A DNA stretch of 64,000 nucleotides from an uncultured Gemmatimonadales bacterium (GCA_963741945.1 CAVUKA010000001.1:898560-962559); one strand, 5' to 3'; shown: positions 9,347 through 18,052, counted from the stretch's first letter. Program-made: numbers and translations. The notes: a model not told the origin generated them from the sequence alone.

Positions 9347-10695
9347 TCGTCCATTCCGTATTTCTTCAGTCGATTCCGAACCTGGTGACGACTCATCCCG
9401 AGAAGCCGCCCCGCTTCCGTCTTGTTCCCTTCCGCACGGCGGAGCGCCTTGGTCAGAAGCTCCTTTTCCAGCTCTTCCACATCGAGACCCTCCGGCCCCA
9501 GATCCAGCGCCCCCCGGCCCCGCCGCCCTTCACCACGCACCTCCGGTGGCAGCATCTCCGGCTTCAGCACCGACCCATCGGCCAGGAGGACCGTGCGCTC
9601 GATCACATTCCGCAGCTCACGCACGTTGCCGGGCCAGCGGTAGCCCTTCAGCAGCTCCATCGCCTCCGGGGAGACGTCCCGGATCTTCCGGCCCAGCTGG
9701 CGGTTGAACTCCTCTATGAACGTCAGGACGAGGGCCGGGATGTCCGAAGTACGCTCCCGGAGCAGAGGCAGCCGGATCGGAAAGACGCGGAGCCGGTAGT
9801 ACAGGTCCTCCCGGAACTCCTCTTTCTCCACTTCCGCCGCCAGGTCGCGATTCGTGGCGGCGATGAGGCGCGCGTCCACCACCAGGTCCTTGGTCCCGCC
9901 CACTCGCCGGAACCGCTTCTCCTCGATGAAGCGCAGCAGCTTCCCCTGGAGCCGGAGCCCCAGCTCTCCGATCTCATCCAGGAACAGCGTGCCGCCATCC
10001 GCCAGCTCCACCAGCCCCCGCTTCATCGTGCGGGCGTCCGTGAAGGCTCCCTTCTCGTGACCGAACAGCTCCGACTCCATGACCGTTTCCGCCAGCGCGG
10101 AGCAGGTCACGTTGATGAAGGGACCGTCGGAGCGCGGACTCGAATGATGGATCGCCTGCGCCAGCATCCCCTTCCCCGTCCCCGTCTCCCCTTCCAGCAG
10201 CACAGTGGTCCCCTCCGCCGGCGCGACCCGCTTCACCAGGTCGAACACTTCCCGCATCGCCGGGCTGCTCCCCACCACGTCCTCGCCCAGCCCTGCCTGC
10301 TCCCGCAGCGCCCGCACCTCCCGCTGCAGCCGCGTACGCTCCAGGGCGCCGCTGATCGTCGCGCTCAGACGGTCGAAGGAGAACGGCTTCTCCAGGTAGT
10401 CCACCGCCCCCGCGCGCAGCGCCCGCACGGCCGATTGCACCGTGCCGTGCGCCGTCATCACTACGCACACCGTCTCGCCCGTGGCCACCAGATCCTCGAG
10501 GAGACCGGTGCTCTCGCCGTCCGGCAGCTTGATGTCCAGCAGCGCCAGGTCGGGCGTGTGCTTCTCCAGCATCGGCCCCACTTCCGCCAGCCTGGACGCC
10601 GTCACCACGGCGTACCCCTCCCGCTCCAGCCGCTCCGCCGTCACCTGCCGGAGCAGATCGTCATCCTCCAGGATCAGGATTCGCGCGTTGGCCAC
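9343..10695 (-). CDS. sigma-54-dependent response regulator (NtrC family: REC - AAA+ - Fis-type HTH)
   Basis: REC (ILILEDDD, LALLDIKLPDG), Walker A GETGTGKG, ESELFGHEKGAFTDA (GAFTGA variant), and C-terminal HTH (AGRLLGMSRHQVRNRLKKYG). GTG start at 10695. Confidence 0.9.
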   Translation of the reverse strand: MANARILILEDDDLLRQVTAERLEREGYAVVTASRLAEVGPMLEKHTPDLALLDIKLPDGESTGLLEDLVATGETVCVVMTAHGTVQSAVRALRAGAVDYLEKPFSFDRLSATISGALERTRLQREVRALREQAGLGEDVVGSSPAMREVFDLVKRVAPAEGTTVLLEGETGTGKGMLAQAIHHSSPRSDGPFINVTCSALAETVMESELFGHEKGAFTDARTMKRGLVELADGGTLFLDEIGELGLRLQGKLLRFIEEKRFRRVGGTKDLVVDARLIAATNRDLAAEVEKEEFREDLYYRLRVFPIRLPLLRERTSDIPALVLTFIEEFNRQLGRKIRDVSPEAMELLKGYRWPGNVRELRNVIERTVLLADGSVLKPEMLPPEVRGEGRRGRGALDLGPEGLDVEELEKELLTKALRRAEGNKTEAGRLLGMSRHQVRNRLKKYGMDE

Positions 10696-12161
10696 TGGTC
10701 CCCTCCCCCGGCTCGGGCGATGCCGCTGGCGACGTCCGTCGCCTCCTCCCTGGCGCTCCCCACTGCCGGCAGCGTGATGCGTACGGTCGTGCCCTTCCCC
10801 TGCGCGCTCTCGATCTCCAGTGTCCCCTCGTGCGCGGCCACCACCCGGGCCACCAGCGGAAGCCCCAGACCCGTCCCGCCGGGCTTCGTCGAGTAGAACG
10901 GCAGAATCACTTTCTCCGTCTCCTCCGCCGCGATCCCCGGCCCGGTGTCCCGGACCTCGATCGCCGCACGCCCACCCTCCGGCCGCACCACCACCGTGAG
11001 AACGCCGCCCGACTCCATCGCTTCCATCGCGTTCAGGAGCAGGTTGAGGACTGCCTGCTCCAGACGATGCTGGTCACCGCGCACCCGCGGTGTGGCCGGG
11101 TCGTATTGCCGGTCCACCCGTCGCCCCGACGTGTCCGTCAGCCCCGCCAGCTGCACCATCGCGCTGTCCACGGCTTCCGCCACCTCGTACTCGTCGGTCA
11201 ACAGCTCCATCGGCTTCGCCAGCGTGAACAGGTCCTGCATCGTCTCCGCCAGCTTCTCCAGCTGCGCGTCCACCGCGCCCAGGAGCGTTTGCGCCTGGTC
11301 GTTCAGCTCGTACTCCTGCTCCAGCAGACCGACCGCCGACCGGATCGACGCCAGCGGACGCTTGAACTCGTGCGCCATCTCCGCCGCCATCTCGCCCACC
11401 TGCGCGAACCCCGCCTGGCTGGCCAGACGCTCCTCCTGCTCCGCCGCCTTCGCAGCCGATTCCCGCTCCTTGCGCACCAGGTCCACCACCGACGCCTCGA
11501 TCCGATCCAGCTCCGCCGAACCCAGTCCCGGCTCCGACGACAGGATCCCCGCCACCCGCTCCATCGGCGTCATCACCTCCCGCTCCAGCATCGTCGCCAC
11601 GATCAGGATCACCGCCGCAACACTCCCGATCAGCAGCAGCAGCCCGAGCTTCGCCGCCCGGTCCATCGCCGCCTCCAGGGGCGCCAGCGAGAAGTCCACC
11701 TCCAGCACCGCCGCACCCCCCGACTTGATCGGAAGAAACGCGTTCACCGCGTCCCCCGACTGCGTCCGCCGCGCCGTGCCACGCGCCGGTAGCTCCACCG
11801 GCGACGGCACCCACACCCCCGGCCGCTTCGTTCCCTCCTCCAGCACGTCCGTCGATACCAGCACCGTCCCCGACGTCCCGTAGACCCGCGCCGCCGTGAT
11901 CGATTCCAGCTGCGCCAGCTCCCGCAACGCCGACCGCGCCCGCGTCGGCTCCCCCGCCGACATCGCCGCCTCCACCGCCGAACGCACCGAAGCCCCGGCC
12001 AGCAGCGCCTGCTGCTCTGCCGCGGCCTCCGACTGCTCGCGCCAGTACCGGAACGTCAGCGGTGACCCGGCGCCGAACACCACCACCGCCGTTCCCACCG
12101 TCGTCAGCACCAGCTTGGTCCGCAGCGGCTGCCTCCGCAGTCGCTCGATCCACCGAATCAC
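10674..12161 (-). CDS. sensor histidine kinase (two TM, periplasmic sensor, HisKA-HATPase)
   Basis: H-box AHEFKRPLASI, N-box NLLLNAMEAM, G-boxes VRDTGPGI and GTGLGL. The track start is TTG 12251. I prefer GTG 12161 (VIRWIERLRRQ), which has GGAGG 4 nt upstream. Start is uncertain. Confidence 0.8.
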   Translation of the reverse strand: MIRWIERLRRQPLRTKLVLTTVGTAVVVFGAGSPLTFRYWREQSEAAAEQQALLAGASVRSAVEAAMSAGEPTRARSALRELAQLESITAARVYGTSGTVLVSTDVLEEGTKRPGVWVPSPVELPARGTARRTQSGDAVNAFLPIKSGGAAVLEVDFSLAPLEAAMDRAAKLGLLLLIGSVAAVILIVATMLEREVMTPMERVAGILSSEPGLGSAELDRIEASVVDLVRKERESAAKAAEQEERLASQAGFAQVGEMAAEMAHEFKRPLASIRSAVGLLEQEYELNDQAQTLLGAVDAQLEKLAETMQDLFTLAKPMELLTDEYEVAEAVDSAMVQLAGLTDTSGRRVDRQYDPATPRVRGDQHRLEQAVLNLLLNAMEAMESGGVLTVVVRPEGGRAAIEVRDTGPGIAAEETEKVILPFYSTKPGGTGLGLPLVARVVAAHEGTLEIESAQGKGTTVRITLPAVGSAREEATDVASGIARAGGGDQWPTRES

Positions 12162-12303
12162 CCGACCTCCGACGCCCGTGTCCTTGCGCGCGACTTCGCG
12201 CAATGTGTCGCCTGTAACCTGCGCGGTTCCGCGCACTCCGGTAGGGGGCAAACTACGCGGAAAATCGCGGGGGATTCCCCGACACTACCACGGCCACGAC
12301 GCC

Positions 12304-12336
12304 GGGACGGCCGGCCCGTGAGGGTCCGGCCGTCCC
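12304..12336 (-). terminator. strong GC hairpin between membrane-protein gene and kinase gene (terminator/attenuator candidate, no U-tract)
   Basis: 11-bp perfect arms GGGACGGCCGG (12304-12314) and CCGGCCGTCCC (12326-12336), with further CCC/GGG pairing inside the loop. Confidence 0.4.
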
Positions 12337-12374
12337 GCATCTGGTCGGCATCGACTGCGACGCTGCAGGCACGC

Positions 12375-13544
12375 TCAGCCGATGATCAGGAGCGCGGCGA
12401 GGGCGGTGGCATGGGCCACGAGCGCGGAGCCGAAACCGCGTCGCCAGAAGAGGAATCCGAAGGCGAGGGCGGGCACGGCCACCGTCGCCAGGACGAAGCC
12501 GGCGGTCATGGAAGCGCTCGGGAACCCGATCGCCATCACGCCGGGCAGGTAGATCAGGACCTGGGCGAGGGCACCGACGCCCACGGCCAGGGCGGCCGCG
12601 CGGCCGCCGCTCATGTGGAGCTCGCGGAGGAGCAGCCAGGTGACGGCCGTGACCAGGAAGAGCCGCAGCAGGACCTCGTCCAGGAGCGCGGTGGTCAGCA
12701 CGCCGGAGAGGCTGCTGGCCGGGAGCACATAGGCGCCCTGGTAGAAGGGAAGCGCGATCAGTGCCATGCCCACGCCCACCAGGACGGCCACTGCGATGCT
12801 CACGGCCGCGCTCCGCGTGCCACCGAACGCCACGCTGGGGGCCTGCACGGGCAGCCGCTCCAGCAGGATCAGCGACACCGTGACCAGCGGACCCGCCAGC
12901 CACAGCGTTGCGGTCACCGCCAGCAGCACCGCGCCCACCGGCGTCACGCGCAGGTGCACGCCCCAGAGCTCAGGCCGCTCCGCCAGGAACAGCGCCAGCA
13001 GGCCACCGAACAGCGCCGCAACGATCAGCGTGCCGGCCCGCGCGTTCGACCATGAGGCGTATGCACCCCGGATCCCGGTCCACCCCTGCTCGATCCCCAG
13101 CACCACCATCCCGATCCCGACCAGCCACGCCACCCCACACCCGATCAGCGGGGCCATCTTCCCCGTGTACAACGCGACTGACGTCATCCCGATCCACCCC
13201 GCCAGCAGCCACGACACCAGGAGCGCCGGAACCGCGTACACCGCAGCTAGCCCAAGCTGCCCCAGTGCCGCACGCCGATTCACGCCCTCCGGGCGGCCCA
13301 TCCATCCCAGCACCGCCCCGTGCGCGAACCCGAGCCCCGCACCCACCACGAACAGACCGCTGCACGTCAGAAGCAGCGCATGCCCGCTCAGCTTCCCTGC
13401 CAGCGTCATCGCCGCCACCAGGAAGCCACCCGTCAGCACGCCCCCCGCCGCCGCCCAGCTCACCGCTATTTTGCCAACCGGACCGATGCCCCGCCCCAGC
13501 GGGCTCGCTCCCTGGCTCGTGCCTTCCATCGTCGTCGTCGTCAT
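12375..13544 (-). CDS. polytopic membrane protein, function unknown; C-terminal region weakly CPBP (CAAX-protease)-like
   Basis: 389-aa ORF, hydrophobic throughout (about 10 TM by eye). DEVLLR resembles the CPBP EExxxR motif, and a later His sits in FGSALVAHATAL. The other CPBP motifs are not clear. Confidence 0.6.
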   Translation of the reverse strand: MTTTTMEGTSQGASPLGRGIGPVGKIAVSWAAAGGVLTGGFLVAAMTLAGKLSGHALLLTCSGLFVVGAGLGFAHGAVLGWMGRPEGVNRRAALGQLGLAAVYAVPALLVSWLLAGWIGMTSVALYTGKMAPLIGCGVAWLVGIGMVVLGIEQGWTGIRGAYASWSNARAGTLIVAALFGGLLALFLAERPELWGVHLRVTPVGAVLLAVTATLWLAGPLVTVSLILLERLPVQAPSVAFGGTRSAAVSIAVAVLVGVGMALIALPFYQGAYVLPASSLSGVLTTALLDEVLLRLFLVTAVTWLLLRELHMSGGRAAALAVGVGALAQVLIYLPGVMAIGFPSASMTAGFVLATVAVPALAFGFLFWRRGFGSALVAHATALAALLIIG

Positions 13545-13705
13545 CCTCGCCTCCCAGATCGAGGCCCGGTGCTCCGGGCCGTTGCTTCCGACCTTTCCTA
13601 AGTCAAGTCCGGGACCACTCCGGATTTGGACGACGTATTTCCTTTGCTACCAATGGCTTATGGCATTTCGTGCCGGGATCGTCCAGGGTCGGTGCGAGCC
13701 CGGAT

Positions 13706-13745
13706 CGCGCGATATCGCGCGGTTCGGCGCGCGTTAACGCGCGCC
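13706..13745. repeat. two adjacent perfect GC-rich palindromes in an intergenic region
   Basis: CGCGCGATATCGCGCG (13706-13721) and GGCGCGCGTTAACGCGCGCC (13726-13745). Each is its own reverse complement. Confidence 0.8.
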
Positions 13746-13918
13746 CGTTCGACACCGATGGGCGGTCCGACGTGGGTGGGTCGCGCGGTGCGGGACGGCG
13801 CGCGCGGCCTGGATATGGAAGGGGGGACGTTCGATGCTTCCCGACCACACGGTCGGGGCGCCAGGGAGCGCAGGCCCGGTCGGTGGCCCGGGTGCGCGCC
13901 CTGGACGGGCTCAGCGGC

Positions 13919-14410
13919 TCACGGACTCGTTTCGAGCGGTCCGGGGAGCCTGGTGCTGTCGGAGAGGATCTCGGGGCGGAGCTGATGCAGGATGTAGAAG
14001 GCGGCCGCATCGACTTGGCGGGGGGTGAGGCGCGAGATGCCCCAGCCCGGCATTCCGCCTCTGTGCCCGGTGAAGATCACGCGGCGCAGCTCCGCGATGC
14101 TGTCGAACCGGAACCCGGGGTCCACCAGAGACGGGGGGTGGAGGTCATACTCGCGGTCATAGTCGGTGTCGCCCCGGCCGACGGGGCCGTGGCAGCGGCG
14201 ACATATCTGCGCGAAGACCATGTTGCCGGCGTCCACGCGCTGGCGGTCGGATGCCCATTCGAGAGTGTCGAACATCGCCGGCGTGTATGCGCTGTCGGCG
14301 GCCTCGATGCGGGACTCTTCGGAGGGCGGCGAGAACTTGTGGTCTCCGCACGCGGAGAGCACGAGCGTCGCGGCGAGGGCGATGGAGAGGAGGGCTGACG
14401 AGCGGATCAT
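13919..14410 (-). CDS. monohaem class-I-like cytochrome c lipoprotein
   Basis: Start ATG 14410 (MIRSSALLSIALAATLVLSAC, lipobox). Single CRRCH with a downstream Met-containing segment (GGMPGW). ATGA overlap with the upstream gene at 14407-14410. Confidence 0.8.
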   Translation of the reverse strand: MIRSSALLSIALAATLVLSACGDHKFSPPSEESRIEAADSAYTPAMFDTLEWASDRQRVDAGNMVFAQICRRCHGPVGRGDTDYDREYDLHPPSLVDPGFRFDSIAELRRVIFTGHRGGMPGWGISRLTPRQVDAAAFYILHQLRPEILSDSTRLPGPLETSP

Positions 14411-14784
14411 CGCTCCGGCGACCGATCGGGATGGATCAGGCTTGCGCCGGGCGCCAGCTGCTGGGCCACGCTCATGGCGGAGTCGGCGCCGGCGGTGTTG
14501 CCGAGCGCGAGCTCGGCCATGTAGATGCCGAACCAGGCGGCAGCGAGGTCGGGCTGAAGCTCGACGGCCTGCCGGTACTGCGCGAGCGCGGCCTCGTAGT
14601 TGTTGGCGCGGTACGCGGCATTGCCGCTGTCCAGGGCGGCCGACACACCAGCAGGCAGGTTCGCGCGCTCGCTCTTCACCTCTTCGGCGCTGATGCTCCC
14701 GGTCTCCTGGTCGTCCGCGGAACCGCCGCACGCGCTGAGCGTGAGAACGGCGAGAAAGCCGATGCAGGCGACGCTGCGCTTCAT
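14407..14784 (-). CDS. small TPR-like lipoprotein
   Basis: Start ATG 14784 (MKRSVACIGFLAVLTLSACGG, lipobox). TPR-like helices (GNAAYRANNYEAALAQYRQAVELQPDLAAAWFGIYMAELALGN). ATGA overlap with the upstream stop at 14781-14784. It occupies the tail of track ORF 14407..16560. Confidence 0.7.
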   Translation of the reverse strand: MKRSVACIGFLAVLTLSACGGSADDQETGSISAEEVKSERANLPAGVSAALDSGNAAYRANNYEAALAQYRQAVELQPDLAAAWFGIYMAELALGNTAGADSAMSVAQQLAPGASLIHPDRSPER

Positions 14785-15542
14785 TTCCCCTCCGCGAGCT
14801 GAGTGCCGGCGCCGGGCTCCGGCCGGGCGGCCGTGGCCCGAGGGCGAGGCAGCACGTGGCATGCCTCGCAGTTCTCGCCGGGATTGTGGTTGACCATGCC
14901 CTGATGGCAGACCAGGCAGAAGGTGCGCGTCCGCGGCACCGAGGCCACGCTCGGTGGCGCAGCCTGGTGGCACCCGGAGCCGGCGCACCCGAGGTGGACC
15001 TGCGTATTGTGCGCCTGCGGCTTCGGCTGCGGATGGCACGCCATGCAGTTGCGCTGCGGCTGATGGTGCGCCGTGTGGCACTTCGAGCAGTCGACGTCCG
15101 CGGCACTCAGGGCGGTGCCGCCGGTGTGACAGTTCGTGCACGCCAGGCCCTCGTGGACCCGGTGCTGGAACGGCAGCGTCCGCACGGGCCGGTTCAGCGT
15201 TCCGATGGTGATGTCCATGGTCCGACGCACGCGAACCGTGAGCGATCGTACGGTCCGCTGACCATGACACCGCGTGCAGCTCGAGGCTACGGGCAGCGTG
15301 TGGTGGCACGACCGGCAGTCCTGGATGCTCGTGACCGTCAGCGCCCCGTGCTCGCGCTGCATGGAGTGACACGCCGTACAATCCACTCCCCGGTGCTGCG
15401 CGTGGTGAAACGTCACTGTGTCCTGCGGCGGCGCCAGCTCGGCCGAGACGCGCCGGATCCGCGTCGGCCGGGGCCGCCTCCTCGCCGTGAGCGGCGAGAG
15501 CCAGCCGGACGATGCCGGGATCGAGCGGACCGGCGGAGGCAA
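14781..15542 (-). CDS. multihaem cytochrome c module, c3/c7-like (8 CXXCH + 1 CX4CH); 5' boundary unresolved
   Basis: CTACH, CRSCH, CTRCH, CTNCH, CSKCH, CMACH, CLVCH, CEACH plus CAGSGCH. TVTFHHAQH..CTACH is typical of c3/c7 modules. The only start candidate is TTG 15542. This frame is closed by TGA at 15567-15569. Confidence 0.7.
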   Translation of the reverse strand: MPPPVRSIPASSGWLSPLTARRRPRPTRIRRVSAELAPPQDTVTFHHAQHRGVDCTACHSMQREHGALTVTSIQDCRSCHHTLPVASSCTRCHGQRTVRSLTVRVRRTMDITIGTLNRPVRTLPFQHRVHEGLACTNCHTGGTALSAADVDCSKCHTAHHQPQRNCMACHPQPKPQAHNTQVHLGCAGSGCHQAAPPSVASVPRTRTFCLVCHQGMVNHNPGENCEACHVLPRPRATAARPEPGAGTQLAEGK

Positions 15543-16560
15543 CCTGGATCGGGCCGCTGCGACGGATCATGGACAGCGGCCGTACCGGAGGCGGCGCATC
15601 CGTCTGGTAGATGTCCTGGTGACACTCCAGACAGTCGTGGCCGGTGGCATGGATCCGGAACTCGTGCGCCTTGTGGCAGTTGATGCAGTTCTCCAGCACG
15701 CCCGGGTCCAGCCCACGGTGGTACGGCGTCAGCGTATCCGGCTGGGAATGACAGCCGCCCTGGGAACACGATTGCACCGCCTGCTGCGGCGTGGTCTGCC
15801 GGTGCGGATCGTGGCACGCACCGCATTTCGCGTTGTGCGGCTCATCCGCCGGGAAATCCTTGACCAGCGCCCGCATCTGATGGCAGGACAGGCACTCGCT
15901 CGCGTCCGGCCGGATCGCGCTGGCCAGCTGGGCCGGCGTGGCCTCCTGCCCCACCTGCACCGTGAAGTCGTGACACGTGGCGCAGTGGATCGTGAGATTG
16001 CCCATCTTCCCGAGCCGGATCCGGGTGTTCTCGTGACACCCGGCCTGCCCGCACGTCTGGTCCGTGGGAGTGAACTCGTGCAGCCCCGAGGAATGGCACT
16101 CCACGCATTTCAGACCCTGCAGCGACGGGTCGTCCGACTGCATGTGGATCCGGTGCCCGGCCGTGTTCGCGACCTGCCGCCACTCTTCGGGGTTGCCCTT
16201 GATGTGGCACTCTGCGCACGCCGAGTTGGGCACGCTCGCGTGCGCCGTCAGCTCCTTCGGCTGCTCGACGATCTGCTTGAGCCCCATCTCGCTGCGCTGG
16301 ACGATGTTCGGGTGATGACAGGCCTTGCACCCGAGCCCCCGGTGCGCACTCTTCGCGAATCGCTGATACGGATCCTGCATGAGGTGGCATTGCAGGCAGA
16401 ACTGGTTGTCGTGCTGCACGTAGTTGTAGGTCCGGTACATGAAGACCGAGCCTACGGCCAGTGCCGCCAGGACAACCACACCACCCACCACCTGCACCCC
16501 GGTGGGGAGAGCGCGCAGACGCGCGACGAGCTTCGTTAGAAGTGCTCCAAGCCGAGTCAT
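15541..16560 (-). CDS. NapC/NirT/NrfH-family membrane-anchored multihaem quinol-dehydrogenase-like module (9 CXXCH + 2 CX4CH); 3' boundary unresolved
   Basis: N-terminal TM (VVGGVVVLAALAVGSVFMY) followed by FCLQCHLMQDPYQRFAKSAHRGLGCKACH, the NapC/NirT signature arrangement. Haem motifs stop near nt 15600, but there is no in-frame stop until 14407. The end given here is nominal (340 codons). Confidence 0.7.
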
Positions 16561-16757
16561 AGGTCACAGAAGGTAGGACAGCCCCGGTATACGGGCCAGT
16601 CGGGGATCGTCCCAAAGTGCACGCGGTGAAATCCCGCACGACCCGGACCCGCGTTCCCGCCATGGACGCCGCCGTTCAGCCGCTCCGACCCGCGCCGGAG
16701 CCGGACCGCGCGCTTCCGTAGCGAGGAATCCACCTCACGCACGATTGTCGTAGGATA

Positions 16758-16830
16758 TGGGCCGGGTGGGGCTCGAACCCACGACCGTTGGATTAAAAGT
16801 CCACTGCTCTGCCAGCTGAGCTACCGGCCC
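16758..16830 (-). tRNA. tRNA-Lys (anticodon TTT)
   Basis: Reverse complement GGGCCGGTAGCTCAGCTGGCAGAGCAGTGGACTTTTAATCCAACGGTCGTGGGTTCGAGCCCCACCCGGCCCA folds as a cloverleaf: 7-bp acceptor GGGCCGG/CCGGCCC, GTTCGAG T-loop, anticodon loop CTTTTAA. CCA is not encoded. Confidence 0.9.
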
Positions 16831-16920
16831 TCGCGCGCAAACTAAGCCCGTCCCCCTCACGGTATCAATGCGGCGCTTCCGCTCCGCCTCGCCACCCGCA
16901 TCCCGCCGGTCGGCGGGACG

Positions 16921-17382
16921 CTATTCGCTGCCCCGGTCGCGGACACCGGTCCCCGGGCTGGCCAGGTGGGCGGCGCTGTCCCGGGCCCGCTGGGTGCCGA
17001 GGAGGCAACCCACCACGGACGCGGCCATGAGCGCGAGGACCACGATCACGGTCCCGTTGGGGCTCAGGCCGGTCCACTGGCTCCACCCGAAGCCGAGCGC
17101 GACGACCAGGTTGACGAGCACCCACGCCACGAGTGAGGTCAGACCCAGCGCCACGCCATGGAGGATCGGCGCCTCCACGGTCCGGTAGCCGGTGAACCAC
17201 CCTCCGACCAGGAAGCCGACCACCACGGCGGCGATGGCCCAGGCGGAATCACGGCCCGGCTCGACGCCCATCAGTCCGAGGAAGATGAGACCGAACACCA
17301 CCACGGCCGTGACGGCGATGGAGACCAGCCAGCCGGCGAGCACGCGCACCGGGTGGACGTTCTGCAGATGCTCGGTATGCAT
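16921..17382 (-). CDS. small 4-TM membrane protein, unknown function
   Basis: 153-aa ORF with four hydrophobic helices. No motif recognised. Confidence 0.55.
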   Translation of the reverse strand: MHTEHLQNVHPVRVLAGWLVSIAVTAVVVFGLIFLGLMGVEPGRDSAWAIAAVVVGFLVGGWFTGYRTVEAPILHGVALGLTSLVAWVLVNLVVALGFGWSQWTGLSPNGTVIVVLALMAASVVGCLLGTQRARDSAAHLASPGTGVRDRGSE

Positions 17383-17391
17383 GGCGCTCCT

Positions 17392-18039
17392 TCAGTTGAG
17401 TCCGAGCGAGAGCTGGACGGGGACGAACGACCGGCGGTGGTGCGGCGTCGGGCCGAGCGCCCCGAGCGCGGTTACGTGCTCCGCCGTGCCGTAGCCCACA
17501 TTCGTCTCCCAGCCGAAGCCCGGGTAGCGCGGCGCGAGCCGCTTCATCAGCCGGTCACGGGTGGTCTTGGCAACGATGGACGCGCACGCGATCGTGTAGG
17601 ACTTCACATCGCCGCCCACCACGGCCGTGTGCTCGCACCCCAGCTCCGCGGGGAGGCCATCCACGAGGACGTGCTCCGGCCGCTCGCTCAGCCGCGCCAG
17701 CGCCCGGCGCATGGCCAGGTGCGTCGCCCTCAGGATGTTCAGCCGGTCCACCTCGCGAGGGCTCGCTGCCCCGACACCAATGCAGAGAGCCCGCCGCCGG
17801 ATTTCGACGACGAGCTCTTCGCGGACCTTCACGCTCAGCAGCTTCGAGTCCGTCACGCCCGGCACGCGGACTTCGGGCCGGAACATCACCGCCGCCGCCA
17901 CGACCGGGCCGGCCAGAGGGCCGCGGCCGGCCTCGTCGATGCCCGCGATACGGGTGACCCCGTCGGCCCACAGCTCCCGCTCGAGCGCCAGTGGAGCGCC
18001 CCGCCTTCGCCGCCTGTTCCCCGGGCCGCCTCCAGCCAT
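17392..18039 (-). CDS. rnhB: ribonuclease HII
   Basis: GIDEAGRGPLAGPVVAAAV catalytic motif. Conserved position after rplS. Confidence 0.9.
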   Translation of the reverse strand: MAGGGPGNRRRRRGAPLALERELWADGVTRIAGIDEAGRGPLAGPVVAAAVMFRPEVRVPGVTDSKLLSVKVREELVVEIRRRALCIGVGAASPREVDRLNILRATHLAMRRALARLSERPEHVLVDGLPAELGCEHTAVVGGDVKSYTIACASIVAKTTRDRLMKRLAPRYPGFGWETNVGYGTAEHVTALGALGPTPHHRRSFVPVQLSLGLN

Positions 18040-18052
18040 CGGCGACCGACCG

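Noticed and set aside
12200-12212. Possible sigma-54 promoter upstream of the first kinase (minus strand: aGGCGACACATTGCg)
   Set aside because: The GG-to-GC offset is 11 nt instead of the strictly conserved 12, and the -24 element is GGCGAC rather than GGCACG.
14407-16560. Treating the 717-aa ORF as a single protein
   Set aside because: The middle ~250 codons lack haem motifs and look non-coding, while the +1 frame carries 8 CXXCH. The last 125 codons form an independent lipoprotein with its own ATG, lipobox and ATGA coupling.
16561-16757. Sigma-54 promoter or GTGTAT-N9-ATACAC operator upstream of the NapC-like gene
   Set aside because: The best candidate (minus strand: TGGCCCGTATACCGG) lacks the -12 GC. 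Only a partial GGTATAC palindrome is present.
16758-16830. tRNA-Lys as an integration hotspot or genomic-island border
   Set aside because: There is no integrase, no duplicated tRNA 3' end and no mobility genes on either side. The flanking genes are ordinary chromosomal genes.
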